DNA from: the human T2T-CHM13v2.0 reference genome, Homo sapiens
NCBI RefSeq assembly: GCF_009914755.1
Contig: NC_060935.1
Length of the DNA stretch: 64,000 bases
Strand: one strand, 5' to 3'
The notes under the pieces were generated by a model, which saw only the letters and a program-made list of their open reading frames with translations, did no database searches and had not been told where the DNA came from. Shown piece by piece: positions 35,974 through 47,835 of this stretch. The position numbers and the translations under genes are program-made. Position 1 is the stretch's first letter. Every line of letters begins with the position of its first letter.

Positions 35974-37349
35974 CATCTGGTTCAGAAACTCCTCTATGTG
36001 CCCCTCATGGCTCAGTCCCACCTGAATACGGCCATAACGAGGCTGGCCGAGAGGCACAGATCGGAATGGGGTCATTTCCTTTGATTTCCTTTGATGTTTT
36101 CAAAGGTAGAAAATAATTTCGGGCCTTTTCTAAGAAGCACTTAGCTGTGGGCTGGAGGTTGGAGAATGTTCCATCTGCTGGAAATGCTAATTAGAGGCAA
36201 TCATAACCCAGACTTGACCTGCCAGGGCACACTGGAGTGAAGCGGCGCCCTGGTGGGAGGGTGTGGGGGCAGCGGAGCCCAGGCCGCAGGGCCACGTTCT
36301 GCCCCAGTTCGGGACAACCTGAACTGCTGGACTCAGAGACAGCAGGGACTGAGCTGGGAAACACTCACCTCACTTGCGGGTCAGGACTCAGGGGCAGGTC
36401 AGGGCTCAGTCCCAGGGCCCCTCCACGTCATGCAATGCTTCCCACTGCTGTTAGAAAGTAGCAAATGATTTCACTAACCCCATGTTCCAGGGGAGAAGGA
36501 AAATTGTACCTGCATGAAACGTGACAACACCGTCACGCGTGGTGTCAGCTGGTTGACAGCCATTTGCACCCTCCCAGCGCCCCTCCCACCCCAGTTGCTT
36601 GAATGTGATCTCGCTACCCAGAGGGATGCCTGCCCCTTCCAATTGCGGCTTCGGGCAGGGACACGGGACATCAGTGCTGGGTGACTCTAATGAGGGCTGT
36701 AAGGTTTGCGACCCGCTGTGGCCTGGGCCTTCCAGGGTCCCGGCAGAGCCCTCTGCTCCTCAGACCATCACCGGCCTGGCCCCAGGCTAGGGGCCTTCAT
36801 GGGCGTCAGCGTGGGGCCGGCGTCCCGCCTTGCCTGTCTTCCCTGTCCACCTCACCTTCGCCCCCGGGGGTGGCTGCCGAGTGGGGCAGCCACAAGTTAC
36901 TTGAATTAGTGCCGCCCAAGTGCCTCGGGTGGGAGTGGGGGATGCTGCAAGGGACGCACCGAAATATGAATGTCCAAGGTTTGTGCTCCTCAAAGAACAA
37001 AACCATTCCACAGGAGTGCCACTGGGAGAGGGACAGGCGGCCACAGGCGAGGGGGCCCCTGGGTCTGGTGGCGGAAGGGCTGTGAAGTCCCGCTGCTCCT
37101 CCCTGGCCTCTGCTGTAGATCTTTGGATGGTTTCCACCCCGCTCCCACCCCACGTATCCTCCAGCCCCACACTCACATCCCCTTGGTGCCGAATGTGTCC
37201 TAGCAAAGCAATCAGTGGACGTATTTTTAAAAGAAAACTCATTTACCACGCAGGCCTCTGGAGTCGTTGATGGAATAGCCCTCCTCTGAATGGAAATAGT
37301 GGTGTGATAGCCTCCCAGGAGTTATTATTGCACTGACACTGCAGCAGGC

Positions 37350-37625
37350 TAATAAACCCCGGAGGGGTGCGACGCGCGCTGCCAGGCAGTTCTCACATCT
37401 GGATGAGGAGCCGCAGATGCCGCGGGGGCGCGCCTGCAGCTCCCCAGAACGGCCACCGGAGGGTACCCGCGCCCCCCGAGCCGCGAGGCTGCCTCCACCG
37501 AGCTGGAGAACAGGCTCCCGGGGCGGGGGAGGGCCCCTCTCAGCGGACTCCAGACAGGGGGGAAAGCAGCTTGCCCGTCCTCCTTCCGTGCCCCTCCTGG
37601 GTTTCTGAAAGCGGGTTTCAAAGCA
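37350..37625. promoter_or_regulatory. Small CpG-island-like patch within a CpG-enriched zone (36.2-37.6 kb)
   Basis: Dense CpG and CGCG (e.g. GACGCGCGCT, GCCGCGGGGGCGCGCC) against a CpG-depleted background. Confidence 0.6.
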
Positions 37626-40329
37626 GGGTTGGAAGGAGCTTGGATAGCACACGCCACTAACTCAGAAAAACCTTGTTAATGGTTACTTTGAAAGTCCATG
37701 AAAAATGCCTTCCAAACACATCAGAATGGGATGGCACATGTCATTTCTCTTTTGGAGAAGTCAGTGAGTTTAGCTCCAAAACCCCAAAGGCGTTAAGAGT
37801 CGCGGCTCCTCCCTCCGCCTGCTGCTCCCAGGCACACGCTGGGCAGGCTCTTCTCTGGCTGCCCCCTCTGTGCCCCGGGTTGCTCTTGCCCTGCGGCAGC
37901 GCCTGGCCTGTCGGCTTCACACCCCCAGTGACTGTCCAGCATCTACCAGGCAGCAGGGCCCAGTTCATGCTGTGGGTTGAGCTTGATGCTGCTTCTTCAG
38001 GGGTGGGGGTGATGCGTGTGTGGAAGACACCAGCTGCTCCTAGAGATCAGACACCCAAACCGTCAGTCCTGCTGTCTGGAGCACCATTTTGAAACAGAAA
38101 CTAGGACCCTCAGAAAATATTACCATCTTGCAGACCAATGGGCAGGTGTCCCATCCCCGTCTGAGATGGTGTCACCCCTGCTCAGAGGCCTGTGAAGCCC
38201 CACACATTGTAGAGGTGTTTCCTTAGGATTGTTAGAGCCCTGGTGCGTTCTGCAGGACACACTCTTAGTTAGCTAGTTGGTTTTTAAAAATGCATTTAGT
38301 TAGTTTTAATTTTACACGTGCATGCCTTCAGTGAAAACGAGAGCTACCAATAAATTGGATGTTTGTTAAGGAAAATCCCCGCAGCCCCCGAGGAAGGAAG
38401 GAACACTCTCCAAGGATGTCTCCCTACCCGGAGCTCTGCTTTTTACTTGTGAGGACCGAGCCCCTTCTCCTGGGAGCCAGTGCACTGCCTGTGGCTCAGC
38501 ATGAGGCAGCGGGGAGGGCCCAGGACCAGAGCCAGGCAGGAACACAGGTGGCCCGGCAGGGAAGGCTGCTCTGGCCCTGCCTTGCCTCCCCACCCAGTAT
38601 TGCCCAGCCCCTCAGAAGCTAGCCATGGTAAAAAGGCTTGGCTCAGGAGGGGCTGGAAGGACTGAGAAAGGAGAAGGGTCAGAGCCAGGGCAGAGTGAAT
38701 CTGTGTCTCTTCTGATCCCAGCACAGGACAAAAGCTCTTTAGAAAAACAACTTTCAGGGGTTTAATTCAACACTATCTCAGTCCCTAGGCCAGACTCATG
38801 AGATTCATCCCCTGGAATTCAGTTTCCCCACAGATGTTGCTTTTGGCCCCATTGCCCTGGAAGCACTCAGTCCTTCACAGATGTTCTGAGGACAGGTGGA
38901 GGTGAAGTCCTTTAGGAGGGGCTGGCTGGGCCTCAGCAGCCTTCTGAGAGGACGGAAAACGGAAGGCCAGCAAGGGTGCCATGGATCTTGGGTCCTCTCT
39001 GTCCCATCTCCCCTCCCATACCGCAGGCTTGGACTGCACTCCTCAGAAGGTGGGGTCAAAGCTGTTCTCACCCTTCCTGCTGGCAGCTGGCACCCCAGGC
39101 CACCTCCTCCCACTCTTGCCACCTGCCAGCCTTCCAGAGAGACTCAGCAATACCAGTTATTACTGGTCGTATACCTATTACCTGGGTAGAGGGATTCTCA
39201 TTTACACAGTTGGCTCCCTCGTCCACATATGATGAAATTCTATGGGATAACCCTATGCTGTTGTGTTGGCAATGACAGCAGAGAGGACATGAACCTGGTG
39301 GTCTCACAGGCAGAGACCCATGTTGCTGAATTCATGATGAGATCTCATGATCACTCATGATGAGATCAGCACGTCTCTCCCCTCACACGTCTGTCCCTGA
39401 GCTCACCTATTTGTGGAACTGGGTAGAGGAGCACACCAAGATGGCAGAGAAGGCCTGGAATCCAGATGAGAGGAGAGAAAAGTATGACACGCAGCGAGGC
39501 TTCCCTGAACACCTTGGTGCAACTCACACATTCACAGATATTTCATTAGGAATATGAACAAAACTGTCAGAATTCCAGAAATCGAGGGGCAGGCATTCTC
39601 CCAGGGGGATGCATGTAGCAGGTAGAGATGTGAACCCCAGTACCAGAAGAGGTGGGCATGACACACAAACACCCCGAGATCAGATGGCAGAAACCCGGCC
39701 CAAGCCAGCCCAGCGCACCTAGTCAGTTCCCGGGGACTGTGGAGATGCTGCACGGGCTCAGCGCGAACCTTGCTGCACGGGCTCAGCATGGGCTCACGGC
39801 AGAACCCAAGCACCCAGGGGACTCCACGCTTACCCGGAAGGGAAAGCGTTCTCTGCCCTCAGAAACATACACCGTGGACGCTGCCTTGTACGGAAATACA
39901 GAACACACTTCCCATCTGCAAGGTGTCAGAGCGCGGGGCGCGGGGCCTGAGTGCGGGAGAATGGCTGGAAGCAGTGAGAAGCAGCCTGGGGTCCAAGGAA
40001 GGCAGGACGTGGGTGCTAAGCGTAGGCCGTGGCCCACATCCTTGGGGAACAAAATGGGAGGATTCCTCCTTACAGTTTGGGATCATGGAGCAGAGCCAGC
40101 CTGAGGCACACGGCGGGTGAAGACGGGGCTCAGAAGGAAGCTGTTTGTCCTGTCCACCCCGTCACTTCCCCATCAGAGCGGAGAGAAATGTCAAGGGGCG
40201 GGTGGAAGTGGAAGCTGCCTTGATCGAAACCCAGGGAGGAGAAGGGGAAATCCTCAGCGAGGGCCCTTGGAGCGGGTGGGGAGCAAGGGGCTTTGATCAC
40301 TCAGCGGGGCCTTGCCCTTTCTGGAAGGG

Positions 40330-41130
40330 TGTGCGGTCTGGGTGGGCGAGTCTCAGACCGCAGAGGATCCGGCGCCTGCCCCACTCTGGAGCCGGGGAGC
40401 CCTGGGCTGTGCTCTAAGCAAAGCCTGCAGCCCCCGGAGGGCGCACCAGGGGCCCAGGCCACCCCCGGCCCTGCACCCACAGCCTACGGCCCGTCCCCCC
40501 GCAGTGCCAGGGCGGTTCCTTCAGTCCTTGACCTTCGCAGAACGTAGTTCAGATCCTCAGGCCCAGCAAGCGCCCCTCTGTTGGCGGCCGGGGGCCGCGG
40601 GGAGTTCGCCCCTGTGGGTCTGGGCCCAAGGCGCTGCCCGGATGATAAGGCAGCTTCTTCGGCGGCCGCTCCTTTTCCGCCCCGTGCGCCCAGGGAGTCC
40701 ACGTCACGAGGAGCTCCGGGTCCAGGCTGGCCGAGCCGAGAGCCGCGGGGCGTGGGCAGGCGTGGACCCCACACCACCTTGCTCCCTCCTGGCCCCCCGC
40801 CAAGGCGATGTCGTCGCCTGGACTCCATCCCCTTGTCTTCCCTGAAAGCCCCCCCCCGACTTCCCTTCCATGTCCTTCACTGTTTTCTCTCCTCCTTCTC
40901 TTCCATGTTGTCTTCTGCTGAATATAAACCCCACAGCGGGTAAAGATGGCAACCCCAGGGCGCAGCCACCCCGCGCTCCCGCTCGGCCCCGCCAGGTGGC
41001 GCTGGCGCGTTCTTTCCGCGGCGCGGGGCTGAGCGGAGCGGGGCTGGGCTGGGCGCAGCGGTCCCGGGGCTGGGAGGGAGGCGGCGCATCCACACAGCTC
41101 CGCCAGGTGCCAGGCGTCTTTCGTGTGTCA
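40330..41130. promoter_or_regulatory. CpG island (candidate promoter or insulator)
   Basis: About 800 bp, very GC-rich, with abundant CpG, a NotI site GCGGCCGC and GC-box-like runs. No known gene recognised. Confidence 0.85.
40989..41004 (+). promoter_or_regulatory. Strong CTCF motif, forward
   Basis: CCGCCAGGTGGCGCTG matches the CTCF core CCRSYAGRKGGCRS. Confidence 0.7.
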
Positions 41131-41507
41131 TGTTACTCATTACTCATAACACGAACAAAACAAGACTGCTGGGCGAGGTAAATATCGTTAGCTTTTCTAA
41201 ATGAAGAAGTTGAACACTATGGCATCTGATCGAGAAAAAAGAGGGAGCTGGACCCCCTCCTGGATGGGACTGCGGGCAGGCGTGGGAACTGTCATCAAGG
41301 CATCCCACATGGCCCCTAGGTAAGCACGAGTGAAAAGTCTCAAAGGGAAGGGAGGAAAAACAGAGGAAACGGGCAGGGAGTCACAGGCTGACACTTCGCG
41401 GTTCTTTACAACCTCGGTCTTTCTCTTGTCCTTCCACTCTAGGGCTTGAAACCTTCCCTCCAGGATTGACTCTGATGCCCCTAGACCCTGCCTACAAGAG
41501 GTGCCAC

Positions 41508-41804
41508 CTCCCATGCAGACCTCTGGGTGATGCTGGCACAGGGCTAGTCCATCTCCCATGCAGATCTCTGAGTGATGCTGACACAGGGCTAGCCTATCTC
41601 CCATGCAGATCTCTGGGTGATGCTGACACAGGGCTAGCCTATCTCCCATGCACATCTCTGAGTGATGCTGACACAGGGCTAGCCTATCTCCCATGCAGAT
41701 CTCTGAGTGATGCTGACACAGGGCTAGCCTACCTCCCATGCAGATCTCTGGGTGATGCTGACACAAGCCTAGACCATCTCCCAGGCAGATCTCTGAATAA
41801 TGCT
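41508..41804. repeat. 45-bp minisatellite, ~6.6 copies
   Basis: CTCCCATGCAGATCTCTG(G/A)GTGATGCTGACACAGGGCTAGCCTAT; units start at 41508, 41553, 41598, 41643, 41688, 41733 and 41778. Confidence 0.96.
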
Positions 41805-43269
41805 AGGTCCTTTTTGAAGAAACTGAGAGAGAAAGAGAGGGGATAGAGAGGAGACAGAATGAGAGTAGACAGAGGAAAGAGAGAGCGTTTCCATTTTGGC
41901 ATCTGGGCCAAGAAATGCAGCCATATAAAACTGTTCTTACCTAAGCTTTGATGTGGCATCAGGGATGAAAGTGCCTTCCCTAGCTTCATAAAGGATGTCA
42001 CACAAATGCAGAGAATCAGGCAAGAACCCAAGAAACCAAATCACCCAAACCTCTGTGTGACTCCTTCAGGGTTATAGACCCTGAAAGTAAAGTCAGAGGC
42101 AAAAAAGGGGTTAAAAAGGAGACTCGATTGCCTAGTGATTCCAGGAAAGAATCAAAGGGGTGAATGTCACTGAGCATTCAGGGTTAGTGTCAGATGCTTC
42201 AGCCAAGAAATCGCACGGCAGGTCATTAAATGAATTTAGCTGGGATTCTGGGTTTTACATTGTGGTTAATTAATCTATGTAAGTATTTATAGTAGTAATG
42301 GCAGAGCAGGGACCATCAGCCAAGACAAGTCATTAGAAGGCCAAGTTGGGCAGGCCTGCAGATGGGTGGGGAGGGTTGGGACTGGGAGTTTGGCCTTGCA
42401 GGGAATCACTGTGTTCTGGGCATGGGGGTCAGGGCAGAGGTGGGCTGGGGAAATTCACAAACAATCCCAGAGCTCAGGAGTCAACACCCTGGGCAGGCTG
42501 ACTGCGAGTGGGGCAGAGGCTGATTCAGGGGATTGCTTTCCTCTTTCTTAGTTGTTCTGTCTCTGTGAGGGATGAGGAAAAAAATCTCCAGCTGAAAAAT
42601 GTCACCTTCAACCTGACACTGGAGCCAGAACATTTACAAATCTGCCTGTCACCATGACAGCCTGACGGATAGCAACCTTAGCCGGGACGGAGTTAAATCG
42701 CCAGGATAAGTCTTGCAAAAAGTTTTGGCTCTTAAGATTTTTATCATCAAGACAGGTTAAGGAATGGGGGGCATGGCTTCCAAACACGAAGGAGACTCAG
42801 GCCCCGTGCCTGACTTCCCAGGAAATCCAGCAGCTGCAGGATTATCTATTACCTGAGGGGAGGTGACAGGAGAAAATTACCCAGCACCAGCCCCATCTGT
42901 TGCTGAGCACCGTTTATTTCACCTTCACTTAATTCACTTGGTTTGTCATTTTTCCTTTGTCTCAGTGTCATCCACCCAAATCCTATGTATATATGCCCTG
43001 GTGTTCCCAGCTGGGCATTGTGGCTGCAGAGACAAAGCCTCGGGTATCTTTTCAATGAGCTGCAGTCACTATGGAGTGTCTCTCTCCTCCCCTCTCCACT
43101 GTCATTTCCTCCATAATTGATTAGAAACTGGAAGCGAGAGAGGAGAAGCTGCTTTTACAGCCTGGGTCTGCAGGTGGAAGCACATTCCTGTGTTTGACTT
43201 CGTCTCTGGAGACCTGTCTCTTTCAGGAAGAGGTGGAAGAGTATACATGAAGTATAGCAGACTTGTGTC

Positions 43270-43535
43270 ACTAGGAGAGAGATTGCAAAATCTGGGCTCT
43301 CACACTATTCTTGGATGCTTGGTCACCCACCTCTCCCCGACTTTCGTTTTCTCCTCTGTCACATGGATCTAACACTTGTTCTCCTCCCTGCCAAGGTTGC
43401 TGTGAAGGCTCAATGAGACAGTATTTGCAGATGCTCACTACATCATATAGAGGCCTATTCAATGAGAACATGCATTTAAAGCAGTTAATGGTGCCTCGCA
43501 TAGGAGAATTGTTCAATAAGGACCATTATTATTAG
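43270..43535 (+). mobile_element. MIR fragment(s)
   Basis: TTTTCTCCTCTGTCACATGG..AAGGTTGCTGTGAAGGCTCAATGAGA, plus a second AATGAGAACATGCATTTAAAGCA tail. Confidence 0.6.
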
Positions 43536-43613
43536 TGAGAATGTAAGTAATAGTGATGACTTGTTACCCTTGCAGCATCTACTCTTCCTCTAGTTCTCAA
43601 GCTACAGACCATT

Positions 43614-44170
43614 TTCATTCAACATTTATTCAGTCTCCACGGGCAGCACTGTATTCTGTCTTAGGGCTATGGTGATTTTTTAAAATGCAAACAAAATGCC
43701 ATTGCTGGGTCTAGAAGCTGAGTCTGGTGGGAAAGGCCTGTGACAGAGTGGGAAGCAGGGCTTAGGTCTGCACCCAGCTCAGAGTAGGGGGAGTTGCCGG
43801 AGAAGTCCTGATGGAGAAAGTGACATCCCTCTGGGTTCTGAAGAGCTTAAGCCACCTGCTCGGTGGCGGGAAAGGGCGTGCAAGGCTGAAGCGGGAAGTG
43901 CAGTGAATGAGCTCAGGCAGGACAGGGAGCTGGGCCTGGGAACCACGGGCTGGCAGTACCTCCGAAGGACGGCTCCAGAGCCGAGACTGGACGTGTGGAC
44001 AGAGGAGCTCTCGCTGAAGGAGCAGATTTGGTTTTATGCCAAGACCATGAGCTTTGCGGAAGGGCATAAAGGCTTTTAAACAGGATCAGGTGAGCCTGAT
44101 GATCACTCAGGATTGGGTGGGGCGTGAATGCAGAGGAAAGATCAGCTGACAATGTAGGAATCTGGAACTC
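43614..44170 (-). mobile_element. L2 3' fragment
   Basis: TTCATTCAACATTTATTCAG start; GAGAAAGTGACATC; TTTGGTTTTATGC..GGCTTTTAAACAGG. Confidence 0.65.
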
Positions 44171-44288
44171 GCAGAGAAACTGCCTGCCCTTGGGACTCGC
44201 TCAGCGCCCTCGCAGCCGGAATGGGGCCTGGGAAGGGAGGAGCCCCAGCAGAGGGGCAGTCGGAGAGCCATGAAATTGCGACCTGCTG

Positions 44289-44304
44289 CCACCAGAGGGC
44301 AGTG
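44289..44304 (+). promoter_or_regulatory. Strong CTCF motif, forward
   Basis: CCACCAGAGGGCAGTG is a perfect core match in a CpG-rich patch; a weaker copy CCAGCAGAGGGGCAG lies at 44245. Confidence 0.7.
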
Positions 44305-44679
44305 TTGGACGGGCTGGGAGGAGCGCCGCCGCCGCCGGGAGGGTGCAGGAGAGAGCTGTCTGCCAGGGGAAACGCACGATGCGTTGTCCAGGACATTCTC
44401 ACCTGAAAATGCTCTGGGCCACGGACAGGCTGAGGATTTTAGTACCCACCCCCCCGCCCTGAAAAGAAAAATCTCTGTGACGAGATAGGCACTGGGTTTG
44501 TATAAGAATTCAGAGTGTGGCCTTAGTGTCTTGGCCAGGCACCCAGATGCCACCTGCACACCTCTGGCTTGGTGTTGGTTTTATTGTGCTTGTCCTAAAC
44601 CTAGCAGCTCCCCCTGAGATGATGTCAAAGACTGGACTGGGCTAGCTCAGAAAGGTTTCCTGAACGAATGACTTTACGC

Positions 44680-45210
44680 AAACCTTCATGCCGGCACATG
44701 TTTTCATACAGATTGTCTCATTGAATTTTTAGAGTGATCCGATGAGGCACATATTCAGGTTTTATAAATGCAATTCAGAGAAGTTACATGATTTTCCAGG
44801 AAATGAGGTTGTCGGGTTTTGATCCAATAGCTCAGACTCTTTCCTCTGTACCCAACAAACCTTGTCAGTCTCCTTTGTCCTTTGAAGTGGGGTGTTTTTC
44901 TCCTCCACAAGTGTCAAATCTGTGAATAGAGCATGTTTAGGAGCAACTTCACCGGCATGCCCACCTTGAGAACTAGGGGATGGAGCAGCGGGTCGGATGG
45001 AGAACCAGAAAGATTGAGCATTTATTGTAACAGAGGTCTTACATGGACGTTTCCCACGTAATCCTTAAGGCAACCCCATGGGTAGGATTATCATCCCAAT
45101 ATTCCATTGAGGAAAGAGGCTCAGAGAGGCAAACTTTCCCAAGGAAACACAGCTAGTATATATCAGAGGTCTATGTCCCTTCACTCCTGCGCTCTGGACT
45201 CTGATCCTGT
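44680..45210 (-). mobile_element. Two MIR fragments (~44680-44850 and ~45012-45210)
   Basis: TCAGAGAAGTTACATGATTTTCCAGG; GGTAGGATTATCATCCC..GAGGCTCAGAGAGG..CCCAAGGAAACACAGCTAGTA. Confidence 0.7.
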
Positions 45211-45854
45211 CCCAAGAGTGACAGCAGCTGCAGTATGTGTGCCGCTCAAAGGACAGGGCTGGAGTGCATGAGAAAAACTGGACGTGTGGTGCAGAAAGGT
45301 GCATGTCTAATTATCATTGCAAACAACTAGCCTCTCAACAGAAAGTGTTGTTGATGTGACAGACATGAAAGAACCCACAGCCAAAGGGAGCCGGCCCCCA
45401 GGGGAAGGAGGGCGAATTGTACTTGGGACAAAAAGAGCTAACAGCCTCGGAGAGAACAAATGTCCTTGGTAGTATGGGGTGTGGGGTGATGTTGGGTGTT
45501 CATTGTCACGTGATGACTGTGGAAGGATGACACAGCACAGGACGCACCCGGGGAGGCCAGCAGGAAGGAGAGTTGAGTGCAAGTCCGGGAAAACAAGGCT
45601 TGATGATATGCTTTTGTATGGGAGTCTCAAGTTGCTTGAGTTAAGGTTGTCTGGGAGACATGAGTTACACCAGCACCCAGCACCATTACTTACTAGGCTC
45701 CAAAGAGGAAGACATATCAAGTTGTAGGGGCCTTCCCTTCTGCCCACAAGCCTGGATCAGACCACACAACATTGTGTTTCCATTTTCCATATGGATTCTG
45801 GACTCTTTCCAGAGAGTCATTCTTTCTCTATTAGTCCTTTTCTTTCGTACACCC

Positions 45855-46025
45855 TGTAGCTAAGTGACCCTCCACTGTACCTAACCTCTCTGAGCCTGAT
45901 TCTCATGTGATAAATGTGGATGATACTGCTCTCCTAATGTGACTGCTATGAGAAGGGAAAGAATTGGCATAAATAATAGCAATTAGCTGAGGCAATGGCC
46001 CATGTTAAAGCCAAATAAATGTTGG
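45855..46025 (+). mobile_element. MIR fragment
   Basis: ACCTAACCTCTCTGAGCCTGATTCTCATGTGATAAATG. Confidence 0.6.
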
Positions 46026-46075
46026 TTTTATCTCTTGTTTCACCTTTGTGTCTCAAACAGGCACACCCACGCATG

Positions 46076-46101
46076 CACACACACACACACACACACACAC
46101 A
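46076..46101. repeat. (CA)13 microsatellite
   Basis: Read directly. Confidence 0.9.
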
Positions 46102-46689
46102 AGGCAAACCACAACCCTTGCCAATAAATCTATGCTAAGTCAGAGTTAACTTAGAAAATCAACATGGTGCAGAGGCTTTTAAAGGACTGACATTCCTCGG
46201 GTTATGGAAAACAATAATAATAAATCTTAAGGAATGTCACCTTGCCCCTGGCACTGAAGACAAGAACCCGTTTCGTTAGTGGAATAGCCCTGAGTATATG
46301 GAGAAAAGCGACAGAGATGATCTGTTCACAGCAAGGAGAGAGTGGCAGTTTTTAGACGAAGCCGGCTGGGGGCACGGTGGAATTGCCATGTAATTGTCAG
46401 GCTCTTTGCTTATTAATTTCTCAGATTTCCTTTCAAGATAAGGACACAAGGTAAGATGGATGTGAATATAATAAGCACAGAGATTACAGTCATTACAATT
46501 TTAGAATGAACTGGAAAATGTGGACACATCAGTCTGCAGCCAGTCGGATGGGTCTCTCAGAGCCTCTTGGAGACCACTGAGGGCTGCGGCCTGTGCCATA
46601 AGTGTGGGGCAATTTTGAAAGCCTTACTTGATCTACCGTTGCAGCTTCATCCAGAGTACTGTCTGATTGTTTTACATATTGGCTGATTA

Positions 46690-47250
46690 TTTTCCATGCC
46701 CAGGACCTTTGGTAACCTTGGAAAATTGTTGGCCCTCCATTATCTCCTCAAGTATCACTTCTCAGCCCTCTTTCTGAAGCTCCTGTTAGGCATGCGTTGG
46801 GTCTTCTCACTCTTAACTGCTATTCCATAGTCCCCATTTCTGTATTTCTGGGTGACTTTCCGGGATTTATCTTCCAATTCAGTAATTTTATTTTTTCTGA
46901 CAATGTTTAACCATTCCTTGAGATTTTGAAATTTTCCTGACTTGATTTTTTATTTTCAAAACTCTATATACTAGGAATGTACTTTTCAATGTCCTTTAAT
47001 TTATGTATTTGATTCTTACGTATTTCCACATGAATTCCTGCATAGTCCCTCTTGCGTTATTTAATTACTTGCCATCCACAGGAGCCTAAGAAGGTGTGGT
47101 TTGTGATTTTTCCTCATGATCAGTTGTTTTCTCCTGTGCTTGGTAATTTGGACTATGAGAACAACTTCAGGAGGAAAACGTGGGAACTAGAACTCGTGTG
47201 TGGCCTGGGAAAGAGCATGTTCCTCCAAAAATAGTTCTATATTTGCCTCT
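46690..47250 (-). mobile_element. Old L1 5'/ORF1-region fragment
   Basis: TTGGAAAATT..TCTGAAGCTCCTGTTAGGCATGCGTTGG..GATTTATCTTCCAATTCAGTAATT, typical of an antisense L1M ORF1 remnant. Confidence 0.5.
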
Positions 47251-47659
47251 GTCAGGGGCTCCAGGAGTGAATCCACATAGGAAGTATATATCTGAATCCC
47301 AAATTCACCTGCAGCACAGACCTGCAATTACACATTCCCTGCAGAGACACAGCTGCTTCATCCAGAGCTCAGGTCAAGACAGACAAAGTTCTTATTGCCC
47401 CCATGTTAATATTGGGATCTTTTTTCTAATTCAACTTTTAGAGGCTCTCTAAGGTTCCAACCTTATGGAACATTCCACAACCTTCCAGAGTGAAAGTGTC
47501 ATTCAGTTCCTTGCCTTAGGTTCCTGCTATACCCTGGCCACCTAGGGCACAGGAACAGAAGGTGTACCCCCCACCCTACCCCAGTGCTCACACACTCACT
47601 ACTCTATTTCATGACTCCTTTGTGTCCTGGGTCCTTGGAGAATTCCCTTGTTCTCTTGC

Positions 47660-47835
47660 AATCATAATCATCACTAGCGACATCATCATCATCATGATTG
47701 ACATTGACTGAGCCCTTGTGCTACATGCGTGCTCTGCTCTAACCACTTTCCATGAATGCCTCATTTCACCCGCATAACAACACGATGAGGCAGATGCTGT
47801 AATTATTCCCATTTTACAGATGAGGGAATTGTGAT
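47660..47835 (-). mobile_element. MIR fragment
   Basis: GATGAGGCAGATGCTGTAATTATTCCCATTTTACAGATGAGGGAA. Confidence 0.8.

Noticed and set aside
40293-41181. Stack of 80-180-aa ORFs over the CpG island
   Set aside because: Expected from stop-codon depletion in very GC-rich DNA; the Arg/Pro/Gly/Ala-biased products match nothing I recognise.
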